55,604 bases of DNA from Acinetobacter phage vB_AbaM_3098, in sequence record PV081573.1; one strand, given 5' to 3'. Positions 9,937 to 18,959 of the stretch are shown here, piece after piece; positions within the stretch are counted from its first letter, which is position 1, and the number at the start of each line of letters is the position of its first letter. A program made the translations under genes and the position numbers. Under the pieces are notes generated by a model, which worked only from the letters and a program-made list of their open reading frames with translations, was not told the origin of the DNA and did not search any database.

Positions 9937-11427
9937 ATGACAAAACCTAAACTTAAAATTGGTCTAACTTGCAATGGCGGAATGATTCGTGGTATCTTCA
10001 AGGAAGAGATGAGTCACGCTAACTCCGCCGTACTTGACAGCGTAATCTATAAAATGTTTGATAGATTATTTGACTGTACTTTCTATTTACTCAAACCTCT
10101 AGCTTCGAAAACTACAGAGAAGATTTTGGTTAAGAAGCAATCTGAGGGAGATGAGTTTGCTAATCGTTTTGAAATGACATTTAAGAAAGATCTGTCAGAG
10201 TATCCGAAGCATCTTGATATTATATTTGCAGGTCAAGGTCCAGATGTATTGCTGATGACTGGTAAATTCCAAGGTGGAAAATATACTCATGCATTTAGCT
10301 ATTTCTACACTCTAGCTATGTATCCAGAAACACCTGTATTTGCAATTCAGACTGATTTTGTTACATATTTTCCAACTCCGGAAAGCTATGCGCACGGCAT
10401 CTTCCCAGCCATGTTTCCGAACCTCTTCGCAAATCGAGGGATGTTTATAGTTCCGATGGGGACAACGCCCCAAGACCATGAGCTCTTCTACTGCAAACGT
10501 GGTGCAAACAGCCTTCCTAGTCATAACTTCATGCATACTTCTGTAGATCAGCAATTTATGATCGAACCTCCTACTGAAGATGAGATGCTTCCAATACCAG
10601 AAACTTGTGAAGGTGTTGCATTTGCAGGTAAGGATAGAAGTCAAGGAAGTAGACTCTGGCAGTTTATTTTAGCATCTAAAGGTTCACCTTCAACTCCATT
10701 TAAGTTGATTGGAAAATGGACTGCACCTGCTACTGTTGCATTAATTGAAGCGAACAATGTTGGTAACTTAACTTATACAGAGAAAGCTGTAGATCATGCT
10801 GAAGTTCTGAGAGAATATAATAAACACGGATTTACACTTTATATTAGTTGTAAAGAGTATCGCAACTGTTTTACTATTACTTCTCGCTTCATGGATTCAC
10901 TTAAAGCTGGAGCTGTTCCTCTAATCTGGCATGAAGAAGCTGAGACATTCAAACGTTACTTTGATCCTCAGTTTGTTAACTTGATAACCGTAAATGAAGC
11001 CAATATTGACGATGTTCTTTATAATCTCCAGTCAAAAGAAATTAGAACTAAAGTTATTAATTATTTCTTAGATGCTTACAGCTTGTATCACACACTGGTT
11101 ATTAATGAAATTGAATCTATCATTAAGAATGTAGCTGCTAATGCAGATGAATTATACACTCCAATGGACACTAAAGCTACAGCTTTAGCTATTAAGAAAT
11201 TCATTTTGGAGCGTGGTAAATCAACTGAAGATCAAGTTAATGAACATATTAAATCAACCTTTCAACATGTTGGTAAATCATTCTGGGAAATTGCTAATGC
11301 AAATGTATACCAGACTAAAGTTGCACTTGGTTTATTCAACATGAATAAGAACAAGGAAAGCTGGGATGATTTAGCTGAGCATGAGAGAGTTGAAATTACA
11401 CGTTTGATGAACTTCCTCGGGAAATAA
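9937..11427 (+). CDS. hypothetical protein (496 aa), first gene of the sugar-modification cluster
   Basis: Long ORF; followed by a perfect 24-nt palindrome terminator; no diagnostic motif seen. Confidence 0.55.
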   Translation: MTKPKLKIGLTCNGGMIRGIFKEEMSHANSAVLDSVIYKMFDRLFDCTFYLLKPLASKTTEKILVKKQSEGDEFANRFEMTFKKDLSEYPKHLDIIFAGQGPDVLLMTGKFQGGKYTHAFSYFYTLAMYPETPVFAIQTDFVTYFPTPESYAHGIFPAMFPNLFANRGMFIVPMGTTPQDHELFYCKRGANSLPSHNFMHTSVDQQFMIEPPTEDEMLPIPETCEGVAFAGKDRSQGSRLWQFILASKGSPSTPFKLIGKWTAPATVALIEANNVGNLTYTEKAVDHAEVLREYNKHGFTLYISCKEYRNCFTITSRFMDSLKAGAVPLIWHEEAETFKRYFDPQFVNLITVNEANIDDVLYNLQSKEIRTKVINYFLDAYSLYHTLVINEIESIIKNVAANADELYTPMDTKATALAIKKFILERGKSTEDQVNEHIKSTFQHVGKSFWEIANANVYQTKVALGLFNMNKNKESWDDLAEHERVEITRLMNFLGK

Positions 11428-11434
11428 GACAAGA

Positions 11435-11466
11435 AGCTGTTTAGATATCTAAACAGCTCATTTTGG
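11435..11466 (+). terminator. palindromic hairpin / weak terminator
   Basis: Perfect 24-nt palindrome agctgtttagatatctaaacagct followed by cattttgg. Confidence 0.45.
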
Positions 11467-11467
11467 A

Positions 11468-12595
11468 GTGCAAATGAGAAAATTAAATATCTTAGTTATT
11501 GCTGATAACTATGTACCATTGCTGAAAGATAAAGTAATGGGTGGAGCAGAACGAGTTCTAATGGAGCAAGTAGACGTTCTGGAAAAGTTTGGTCATGATA
11601 TAATTGTCATTTGTCCAAAGGATTCAAATCTTAATTCAATGTGGTCAATAGACGAATTCTCTAAAAATTACTATCTGAAAGATGGAGTTAAACCGCCTCG
11701 TAATTTAAATCAGCTTACAATTAAAGCCATTGATGCTCTTACTCAAATGGACACTAAGCCAGATTTAATTATTAATCATCATAAACAAGCATCTGTAATT
11801 AAACATTTAGCAACACTTGCTGGTAAATTTAAGATTGTATCTCATATTCACAATGCACCTATCTTCGGCATGTTAAGTGTTGCAACTAATAATGCATATC
11901 TTGAACTTGCCAGAGCTGGTGGGATTAACCTAGGTGTGTCTGGTTGGTGTACTCGAGTGAATAACCAGATGACTCCGCATTGTGTTACTGACACTTTAAT
12001 TATGCAAATTGCACGTGAGCGTTTTCAAGTTAAAGAGCCAACAATTCAATCTATTGCTATTAGTAGATTTGTCGATATAAAAAATTTACATTGGTATGCT
12101 TCTTTATTAAAAGAAGAGAAAGTTACTGGTAATCTAGTTGGATATGTGGAAGATCAAAATGATAAATATTGGAATTCTACTTTAAAGGATCTAGTTCAAA
12201 ATCAACCTTTCTGGAAATCAGATCTTAACTACCAACAGACTATGGATTTACTTGCTTCCTCTTTAGTGTATGTCCAAACATGTCATCTGGAAACTTCAAG
12301 TTGTACTCAATTTGAAGCTGCTCAGCGTGGAGTTCCTTCTATTGTCTGCACAAAGAGAAATGGTCACGGATCTTTCGAAGGTTCTTTCTTACCTGAATTA
12401 GCTTATTTAGAAGTTGATACTTATCGTTTAGGTTGGGATAGAATTTCTTCTGAGTTAAATAAAGTAATAGAGGGTGTACCATTTAATCTGGAAGCTAGAC
12501 AGAGCTTGGCAGATTATATCTACGATAACTTCAATGAAGAAAAGTGGATGGAAAATTTTGAAGCTGTACTTGTGAAATGGTTCGGAGTAATTTAA
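11468..12595 (+). CDS. glycosyltransferase (GT-B fold, GT4-like)
   Basis: N-terminal LNILVIADNYVPL..GGAERVL typical of the GT4 N-domain; C-terminal E..FEAAQRGVPSIV E-x7-E-like motif. Confidence 0.55.
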   Translation: MQMRKLNILVIADNYVPLLKDKVMGGAERVLMEQVDVLEKFGHDIIVICPKDSNLNSMWSIDEFSKNYYLKDGVKPPRNLNQLTIKAIDALTQMDTKPDLIINHHKQASVIKHLATLAGKFKIVSHIHNAPIFGMLSVATNNAYLELARAGGINLGVSGWCTRVNNQMTPHCVTDTLIMQIARERFQVKEPTIQSIAISRFVDIKNLHWYASLLKEEKVTGNLVGYVEDQNDKYWNSTLKDLVQNQPFWKSDLNYQQTMDLLASSLVYVQTCHLETSSCTQFEAAQRGVPSIVCTKRNGHGSFEGSFLPELAYLEVDTYRLGWDRISSELNKVIEGVPFNLEARQSLADYIYDNFNEEKWMENFEAVLVKWFGVI

Positions 12596-13722
12596 TGAGA
12601 ATTTTATTAGTTCATTCTTACTTCCATTATCTGGAAGATTTAGATAAACCTGCAGGTGGAATTGAAACTCATACAGCTGGATTATATAGAGCTCTAACTG
12701 CACTTGGTCATGATGTTACTATAGCTGCAACTAGAGATTCTAGACTTCCTCTACATATTAAATTTGTTCCAATCGACAACATTTGTAAGGATTCTACTAA
12801 AGGTAGATATTCCCAAATTGCTGGATATGAGTATATTTATTCTAAAATCCAGGATGGAGATTTTGATTTAGTAATTAATAACAATCCATCTTTCACAGCT
12901 TTCCGAAACCTAGATATAATTTGTGAGCAAGAGAATATTCCTCATTTCTTCTTCGTTCATCATATCATGGATGACATTTCTACTAAGAAAAACATTCAGA
13001 TTCTTAATGAATCTTCTGCTAAAGTTATCTGCGTAAGTGGTTATATTGCTGATCAAATTCGAGAGAAAGGTTTCAATAAGCAACGTGTTGTACTTAACTC
13101 AAACTTCGCTGAACCTTCAGTAGCCTATATTGGAGCTGAGCGTGGAGAGGAGGTTCCTGATGGTCAGTTCATAGTTTCAATGGCTTGTAGAATTGTTAAA
13201 GCTCGTGATGTCTTATTTGCTATTGAGACTATTCTAAATGAAACTGATTTCTGTATCAAGATTATTGGAACTGGGGTTAATCATCCATCAGAACTTGATT
13301 ATCACAATAAAGTTCTAGACCTAGCTATTAGAAATCCTGATCGAGTTTGGATTAAGGGTCGCTTAGATCAAGAGAAAACTTGGAGAGAGATAGCCTACTC
13401 TGACGTGTACTTGAACTTATGTACTCATGAGGCATATGGTCTATCTGTATTCGAAGCTCAGAAGATTGGTATTCCTGTAGTCTATGCTTATAAAGGTCGT
13501 CATTGTGGTCCAGCTAATATTGTTAATGTAAATACAGGTACAATTGATACTGGTGCAGCTGTTGACTTTGCTGGACTAAACCAGAAAGCTAGAGCTAAAG
13601 CTTTAGTGGAAGCTATTGAGTATACTCGAGGTTTGAGTAAGAAAGCTATCTGGGAGCAGGTTAATGAGTTTAACTCCCCACGCATCTTTGCTGAGCGACT
13701 ACAAGAAGTGCTAGGACTGTAG
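12577..13722 (+). CDS. glycosyltransferase family 4-like
   Basis: MRILLVHSYF..PAGGIETH N-domain; C-terminal EAYGLSVFEAQKIGIPVV (GT4 EX7E motif). Confidence 0.65.
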   Translation: MVRSNLMRILLVHSYFHYLEDLDKPAGGIETHTAGLYRALTALGHDVTIAATRDSRLPLHIKFVPIDNICKDSTKGRYSQIAGYEYIYSKIQDGDFDLVINNNPSFTAFRNLDIICEQENIPHFFFVHHIMDDISTKKNIQILNESSAKVICVSGYIADQIREKGFNKQRVVLNSNFAEPSVAYIGAERGEEVPDGQFIVSMACRIVKARDVLFAIETILNETDFCIKIIGTGVNHPSELDYHNKVLDLAIRNPDRVWIKGRLDQEKTWREIAYSDVYLNLCTHEAYGLSVFEAQKIGIPVVYAYKGRHCGPANIVNVNTGTIDTGAAVDFAGLNQKARAKALVEAIEYTRGLSKKAIWEQVNEFNSPRIFAERLQEVLGL

Positions 13723-13741
13723 CTGTCTCTTAAGAAGCTTT

Positions 13742-13763
13742 AAAACCTGTTAATTTGTGGGCG
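13742..13763 (+). promoter_or_regulatory. conserved motif AAAACCTGTTAATTTGTGGGCG with hairpin; putative promoter
   Basis: Motif followed by gggcg-tttactct-cgccc; 33 nt upstream of ATG 13796; partner AGCTGTCTCTTAA lies upstream. Confidence 0.45.
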
Positions 13764-13795
13764 TTTACTCTCGCCCCTTATTAAGGTAAATTAAA

Positions 13796-14152
13796 ATGTT
13801 TGATATGGATTCTATTGTAACAGATCTCTGCACTATGATCAATTGTAAGTCTCATCTTGATGAGATAAGCCAAGAGGTTCTAGATTTTATTAAGAAAAAT
13901 TCGGAGATTCCTGAAACCAAGCTTTACCGAGCTATTTGGGAATCTGATGAAGGCAAGACCGTCCTTAGTTATAGTGAGAATTCTGAATTTCTCAGATCTC
14001 AATATGAAAATGTGAAGATAGTTGAAATGGAAGAAGGAACCAGAGCTTTCTGTCTGTATAAATTCCTATTCTCAGAACTTACGGAATATGAGCTAGAAGA
14101 CATTACAGAATTACTAAATCTGGAGAAAGAGTGGCTTGTAGCTGTTTCTTAG
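13796..14152 (+). CDS. hypothetical protein (118 aa)
   Basis: ORF downstream of promoter-like motif 13742-13763; the C-terminal codons ..VAVS* are encoded by the recurring AGCTGTTTCTTAG motif. Confidence 0.5.
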   Translation: MFDMDSIVTDLCTMINCKSHLDEISQEVLDFIKKNSEIPETKLYRAIWESDEGKTVLSYSENSEFLRSQYENVKIVEMEEGTRAFCLYKFLFSELTEYELEDITELLNLEKEWLVAVS

Positions 14153-14161
14153 AAAGTATAA

Positions 14162-14184
14162 GAGCCTGTTCATTTGTGGGGGCG
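14162..14184 (+). promoter_or_regulatory. conserved motif GAGCCTGTTCATTTGTGGGGGCG with hairpin; putative promoter
   Basis: Motif variant plus GC hairpin; upstream of ATG 14227. Confidence 0.4.
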
Positions 14185-14226
14185 GTTGGCGCACCCACAA
14201 TGTGTTCTTATTATAGGAAATGTGTT

Positions 14227-14559
14227 ATGAATCTAGTTCAACTTCTTATCGAATTAGGCTTGGCTAAATCGTACAGCTACAAACTTCTTCTACCCCATCC
14301 AGATTGCAGACCTGCTGCTTTCATGAAATTTATGTTAGGTTCAGTACCTAAGCACGATACACTTCTGAGCACTAATGTAGAGTTAGAGAATTCAGAGGAA
14401 TCTGATGATTATTATGGCTTATTTACAGAGTATAATTCTCTGTCAGATAAGGTATTATTTAATTCTGCGTATGGTCCAATAGAAGCAGCTAAGACTGAGA
14501 CTCATCTGTTTGTCCTTACTAAACAAACTAACATTCTAGATAAAATTAGAATTGTGTAA
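14227..14559 (+). CDS. hypothetical protein (110 aa)
   Basis: ATG at 14227 with RBS agga; downstream of promoter-like motif 14162-14184. The track start at 14131 overlaps the previous gene and is unlikely. Terminator at 14571. Confidence 0.45.
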   Translation: MNLVQLLIELGLAKSYSYKLLLPHPDCRPAAFMKFMLGSVPKHDTLLSTNVELENSEESDDYYGLFTEYNSLSDKVLFNSAYGPIEAAKTETHLFVLTKQTNILDKIRIV

Positions 14560-14570
14560 TCCGTAAAATC

Positions 14571-14607
14571 GTCCTAACAGCTGTTTAGTTGTTAGGACTT
14601 TTTATTT
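14571..14607 (+). terminator. rho-independent terminator
   Basis: gtcctaaca-loop-tgttaggac followed by tttttattt. Confidence 0.7.
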
Positions 14608-14626
14608 ACCTAGGAATCAAAATAAA

Positions 14627-15289
14627 ATGATATTTAATCGTGATGACGAATCTGTTTTATTCGTTTCTGCACATCCAGATGACAGCGAAATTTTTGCTGG
14701 TGGAACTATCGCTAAATTAGTTGCTGATGACATTGATGTTCATGTGTTGTTATTATCTCAGGGTTCGAAAGGTGGTAAAGATGAAGTTCGTGTAAATGAA
14801 TTTCGTGATGCTGTGTTGAGCTTAGGTGTACCTGAACCAAATATCTGGTATAAAGACTTCCCAGACACTGTTTTCTATAATAACGAAGCTGAAATTGTAG
14901 GTGCAATTGAGTTTGTTATTAAGAAAATGCAGATCCAGACTGTCTTTACTCACCACCCTTTTGACACTCATCAAGACCACCGAGTTACTGCAAATGCAAC
15001 TTTAGCAGCTGCTCGTAATATCAAAAATGTACTTTTCTATTGCCCTTCTTGGCCATCTGGTCGCACTTCAGTTCCATTTCATAATGACTTTATTGTCAAA
15101 TTGAGTCAGGATAATGTTGAAGCTAAGATCAAAGCTTTGTATTGCTACAAGTCTCAGATTAAGAAATATGGAGCTGATGATTATGTTGGCACTCACCGTG
15201 CAATTTTGAAAGCTAACTCTTTAACTCTAACTGGAGATGTTAAGGGGAATGCAGAAGTGTTCGAAATCAATCGTGTAGTGTATGAGTAA
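14627..15289 (+). CDS. PIG-L/LmbE family N-acetylglucosaminyl deacetylase
   Basis: Signature SAHPDDSEIFAGGTI (AHPDDE motif) and HPFDTHQDH zinc-binding His cluster. Confidence 0.7.
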   Translation: MIFNRDDESVLFVSAHPDDSEIFAGGTIAKLVADDIDVHVLLLSQGSKGGKDEVRVNEFRDAVLSLGVPEPNIWYKDFPDTVFYNNEAEIVGAIEFVIKKMQIQTVFTHHPFDTHQDHRVTANATLAAARNIKNVLFYCPSWPSGRTSVPFHNDFIVKLSQDNVEAKIKALYCYKSQIKKYGADDYVGTHRAILKANSLTLTGDVKGNAEVFEINRVVYE

Positions 15290-15294
15290 TTAAT

Positions 15295-15663
15295 ATGAAA
15301 CTTAAATCAATCTTATTATCAGCAGCATTAATCTCTACTTCAGCCACAGTTGAAGCTGGAACTAACTGGTTTGAAGTAGCAGGTAAAGCTATAAATGCCG
15401 CTATTGACATTAAGCAAGGTAATGTAGATAAGGCAGTTAACAGATTTGCTAAGCCATATGTAACTCCAGAACAGTACGAAGCTGATCCCGATCGATATGC
15501 AGATTGGATTTATGTTGAACGCAAACGCAATATATTTAGTCCAGAATATTATGATCAGTGGTGCTCATATCCAATCCGTGCGAATGTTATTCAAATAGAT
15601 GCCAGCGAATTTCCAAAAGGTTGCCCTAAGTATCTTGCAGTTCATCCAAATGAGGCATATTAA
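15295..15663 (+). CDS. secreted protein with N-terminal signal peptide
   Basis: MKLKSILLSAALISTSATVEAG is a signal-peptide-like N-terminus. Confidence 0.5.
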   Translation: MKLKSILLSAALISTSATVEAGTNWFEVAGKAINAAIDIKQGNVDKAVNRFAKPYVTPEQYEADPDRYADWIYVERKRNIFSPEYYDQWCSYPIRANVIQIDASEFPKGCPKYLAVHPNEAY

Positions 15664-15696
15664 TGGTTAAATTTATAATGTTAAAATATGTGAGAT

Positions 15697-15981
15697 GTGA
15701 TTATGTTTATTGAAGACCTACCTCCCCATGTACAACGTATGATTGCTGAATACAATCAAGTTAAAGAAAATGTAAATAAAGCTAGTGCATTTCTGGCTCA
15801 AGAGCAGAATAGAGAAACCGCAGTAGCTGGAATTCCAGAAGATGAATGGAATGACTTAAGAGATCAAACTCAAGGTTACAGATTAGTGCTGCGTCACTTA
15901 GGAAGTAGATTAAAACGTGCTGGTGTTGATCTTGAGTCTTTCAGCGAAGACCATAACTGGATAATTGCAGCTCCTCTATAA
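15697..15981 (+). CDS. hypothetical protein (94 aa)
   Basis: ORF, coding strand. Confidence 0.4.
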   Translation: MIMFIEDLPPHVQRMIAEYNQVKENVNKASAFLAQEQNRETAVAGIPEDEWNDLRDQTQGYRLVLRHLGSRLKRAGVDLESFSEDHNWIIAAPL

Positions 15982-16017
15982 TAAGATAAAAAGCTGTCTT
16001 TTGTGAAGGAAGCAGAA

Positions 16018-16221
16018 ATGCGATCTAAACATTTAAAACAATTGTTAGTTGAAGCTTGGATTAAACTAACACAAACTGAGGAAAACTATATGTTACCAAT
16101 TTTAAATCCAATCGTTTCAAAACATTATGCAGCTCAAAAAGCTGGCATCTTAGCTCGTCAAGTTAAAGCTCGTGCTGCAAGTAAACGTGCAAAACAAGCT
16201 CGTAAGTTGAATCGTAAATAA
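16018..16221 (+). CDS. small basic protein (67 aa), possibly nucleic-acid binding
   Basis: ATG at 16018 with RBS aggaag; K/R-rich C-terminus ARQVKARAASKRAKQARKLNRK. Confidence 0.4.
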   Translation: MRSKHLKQLLVEAWIKLTQTEENYMLPILNPIVSKHYAAQKAGILARQVKARAASKRAKQARKLNRK

Positions 16222-16591
16222 AAACGTCTACCAGAGAAGAGCTTTGGTGGATTTAATTAAAGATTTCTTGGAGGGTTAGTAGATGAAATTTATTACTTTT
16301 CAGAGCTTTAGCACTGCCGACACAGGCACATGCAAAGAATGTGGAAATCCTAATCATATGCATAAGCCTTGGTGTAACAATTGGTAAACCAATCGTCTCT
16401 CTAATCGCCTCAAAAGCTGTTTAGGGTCTAAGAGATCAGAGAACCTGAATCTCTTCTTATTATATAGTTAAATTTAGATATAAGTTGTGAGTTGTACGAA
16501 CTCTCGTCTTCTTGAGGATTTGGTTATGAAATAAGCTCTCTAATCGGCTTAAAAGCTGTTTAAAGCGTTCACAACAAAGGAACAAATAATA

Positions 16592-16771
16592 ATGTTTGGA
16601 ATCTTGATTTTGCTTCAAGTGGTTCTAAATATTCCCTTAGTACCTATTGAAATAAAACGATTCCCTGAACCTGCATTCAGATACCAGTTTAACATCAAGT
16701 TGGGAAACTTTGAGTGGTTGAGAATGCAAGATGGTCAATACCATCAAGTAAGGGAACGAATGTTACAGTAA
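16592..16771 (+). CDS. small hydrophobic protein (59 aa)
   Basis: ATG preceded by aagga; located downstream of the repeated element CTCTCTAATCGGCTTAAAAGCTGTTTAAAGCGTTCA. Confidence 0.3.
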   Translation: MFGILILLQVVLNIPLVPIEIKRFPEPAFRYQFNIKLGNFEWLRMQDGQYHQVRERMLQ

Positions 16772-16911
16772 GGTCGCTGGGAATAATTTAAGACCAACTC
16801 TCGGCTAGGTGCAGTAGAACTGTTAAATTTTGCTCGACTTTTATCGGTGGACGTACAAACTCCACGCGCCTTAGAGCAGCCTAGCTAAACTATAAGTAAG
16901 CTCTTAACTGA

Positions 16912-16989
16912 GTTTACTTTTAGATGTGATCTAACACACTTTTACACTCCGGTATTTCAGTGCTGATTAGATTACATCTAAAAGTAAAC
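16912..16989 (+). repeat. long hairpin (about 23-bp stem, 32-nt loop) in the RNA-rich region
   Basis: gtttacttttagatgtgatctaa (16912-16934) is complementary to ttagattacatctaaaagtaaac (16967-16989) with one G-U. Confidence 0.6.
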
Positions 16990-17280
16990 ATTTAAGGATG
17001 ATATAGTCTTAATATGCTGGTTTGATTTGCCAGTTCAGACTTACTAAATTTCTAAATTGCCAAAGACTTCTGGAAGTGATTTAAACCGAGCAGGTGAAGA
17101 GAGTAAAGCCTCCTGACTGCATATCCAGAATAGGTTATTAGAAAGGTGTACGTGACGCTAGAATCAGGGATTTAAGTTTCAAGTTAGACATGCCACATGT
17201 ATGCAGAGTATCAGTCTGGTAAGCTGGTGCACTTCAAAGTTGTGATAATTTAGAAGTGCCGACTCTTTAATGATACCAGA

Positions 17281-17304
17281 AGCTGTTTAAAGTATGAGAT
17301 CACC
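17281..17304 (+). promoter_or_regulatory. conserved motif AGCTGTTTAAAGTATGAGATCACC; putative promoter for tRNA-Arg
   Basis: Contains both AGCTGTTTAAA and GTATGAG; about 105 nt upstream of the tRNA at 17409. Confidence 0.4.
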
Positions 17305-17408
17305 GAGAAGTGATAACTGACATTACCTTTAATTTTATGATTAAAGTCTTTTTGATTAATGTTTAGATACAGTTATCACTATCTTGTTGATTTCTTAGTT
17401 CACATTGC

Positions 17409-17482
17409 AGGGCTATAGCTCAGATGGATAGAGCATTCCACTTCTAATGGAATGGTCGTGAGTTCGAATCTCACTAGCCCTG
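17409..17482 (+). tRNA. tRNA-Arg (anticodon UCU)
   Basis: Perfect cloverleaf: acceptor agggcta/tagccct, D-stem gctc/gagc, anticodon stem ttcca/tggaa with loop cTTCTaa (anticodon TCT), T-arm gtgag-ttcgaat-ctcac, discriminator G. Confidence 0.85.
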
Positions 17483-17730
17483 CAATGTGAACTATTAATT
17501 AACATTAGACAGCCGATTTCGGATCGGTGACGTGGCTGAGAGAGTGAGCACAAACTGTTAGTACTTCTAGTAGAAGAACCACGTGACATCTCGGAAGATA
17601 GCGAGAAGTGGGTAGGTGTAGACTTCCCACTTAAAGCGAAATAGACTACATGTTGATTAGGCATGGCTTAATTAGGGTTGCAACCTTCTAACTGCTCAGG
17701 CAAGTGGTAAATAGCAACTGATATTTCCTT

Positions 17731-17773
17731 AGTTCATTTAGTAGATTAATCTTGATCCGCAGTCGAGATTAAT
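17731..17773 (+). repeat. 15-bp perfect hairpin immediately upstream of the HNH gene
   Basis: ttagtagattaatct-tgatccgcagtcg-agattaatctactaa. Confidence 0.55.
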
Positions 17774-17802
17774 CTACTAAATGTTCTACTGCGGAGGTTA
17801 TA

Positions 17803-18447
17803 TTGGAACACTTAGAACTGCCATTTGATAAAGATGGTATTTGGAAATTATATAATGATGATCTTGCTAATCTTAGCCATGAAAGATCAATGGGCAGAAA
17901 ATCTGCTGAATCAAAAGGTCATCCTTACTATGGTATATTGAGAGAACTTTACAACTATCCTCACTTTATATCCTTCTCTGGAATGCACAGTAGACTCAAG
18001 TATTCTAAATTGGCAACTGATTTCCCGAGAACATTAGAAGGTTTTATTGACTATATTGTCTACATGGGTCCAGTACCTTCTGGAATGGAGAGACCTGTAG
18101 CTGGCCGAATAGATCATTCTGTAGGTTATCTAAGAGGTAATTTTGCATGGCAAAGTGCGGAGGACAACAATAGAGAATCTGCACTAAGAAATCAAAAGAA
18201 TGGTAAGTGGTTAGGTTACCAGACATGCGCAGCAGCTGGAATGCAAGACTGGAATGACGGAGTAAGAAATTATAGACTTCAACCAGATGACCCAAAGATA
18301 AAAGAATTAAATTTAAACAAAGGTAGACTATATACTCCAGACGAAAGAGTACAATGTCCTCACTGTTTAAAAGAAGGCGGTATTAAGAGAATGAAACAAA
18401 TTCATTTTGATAAATGCTACTTAAAAGATTCCAGTAAAACGGAATAA
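17803..18447 (+). CDS. HNH-family homing endonuclease-like protein
   Basis: GRIDHSVGYLRGNFAWQSAEDNNRE resembles the HNH H-N-N core, plus a C-terminal CPHC..C motif; located in the tRNA/tmRNA region as in T4 seg/mob genes. Confidence 0.45.
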   Translation: MEHLELPFDKDGIWKLYNDDLANLSHERSMGRKSAESKGHPYYGILRELYNYPHFISFSGMHSRLKYSKLATDFPRTLEGFIDYIVYMGPVPSGMERPVAGRIDHSVGYLRGNFAWQSAEDNNRESALRNQKNGKWLGYQTCAAAGMQDWNDGVRNYRLQPDDPKIKELNLNKGRLYTPDERVQCPHCLKEGGIKRMKQIHFDKCYLKDSSKTE

Positions 18448-18459
18448 TCACTGTAAAGT

Positions 18460-18510
18460 TATAAGTTATTAAGGCTTTGTGGACATGGGTTCAATTCCCA
18501 TCTACTCCAC
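18460..18510 (+). ncRNA. ssrA: tmRNA acceptor piece (3' part of a permuted ssrA): T-arm plus acceptor 3' strand
   Basis: T-arm atggg-ttcaatt-cccat (18485-18501), then ctactcc + discriminator A + C (18502-18510). It pairs with the GGGGTAG at 18540 including a G3:U70 wobble, the alanine identity element. Confidence 0.5.
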
Positions 18511-18539
18511 ATTAATGAATTCTAAGAGTTTATTAATGT

Positions 18540-18720
18540 GGGGTAGTACTGGTTTCGACACAGAGTATATAGAGCTTGTAATCAGTGGGATTGAGACCCT
18601 AAGTTTCAAACTTAAATACAAAAGCTAATGATAGTACTTTTGGTACTCGTGCTCTAGCTGCTTAATTGCAGTTAGACTGAGTGGAGTTCGGAGGAGCTTT
18701 GCAACAGAAATCCTCCAACC
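18540..18720 (+). ncRNA. ssrA: tmRNA coding piece (5' acceptor strand, tag reading frame ANDSTFGTRALAA*)
   Basis: GGGGTAGTACTGGTTTCGACACAG matches the conserved tmRNA 5' end (E. coli GGGGCUGAUUCUGGAUUCGACGGG). Resume codon GCT at 18624 after caaaa. Tag ORF 18624-18665 encodes ANDSTFGTRALAA and ends ALAA-TAA. 3' boundary uncertain. Confidence 0.55.
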
Positions 18721-18959
18721 AATTAATTACGACAATTATCTTCGAAACTAGCTGTTGCCACTTCAAGGTGAAAGTCCTTAGTGAAACACAGCTTTATGGT
18801 TACTTAAAATAAGTATCTGAAGTTACGTAGATAGGATTCTGAAGTAAGTAGAGCGTAGAGGATAAAATTAGATTAGCTATCTATACGAATACTCTCCACA
18901 GTGGACTTAATCCATTGGACCGAGCTTATAGCATAAGAAGATAATTGTCGTAATTAATT
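18721..18959 (+). repeat. 23-bp perfect inverted repeat flanking a 193-bp segment downstream of the tmRNA tag region
   Basis: aattaattacgacaattatcttc (18721-18743) vs gaagataattgtcgtaattaatt (18937-18959). Confidence 0.65.

Noticed and set aside
17413-17664. 83-aa minus-strand ORF in the six-frame track
   Set aside because: It overlaps the well-folded tRNA-Arg and a hairpin-rich non-coding region. All supported genes in the window are on the plus strand.
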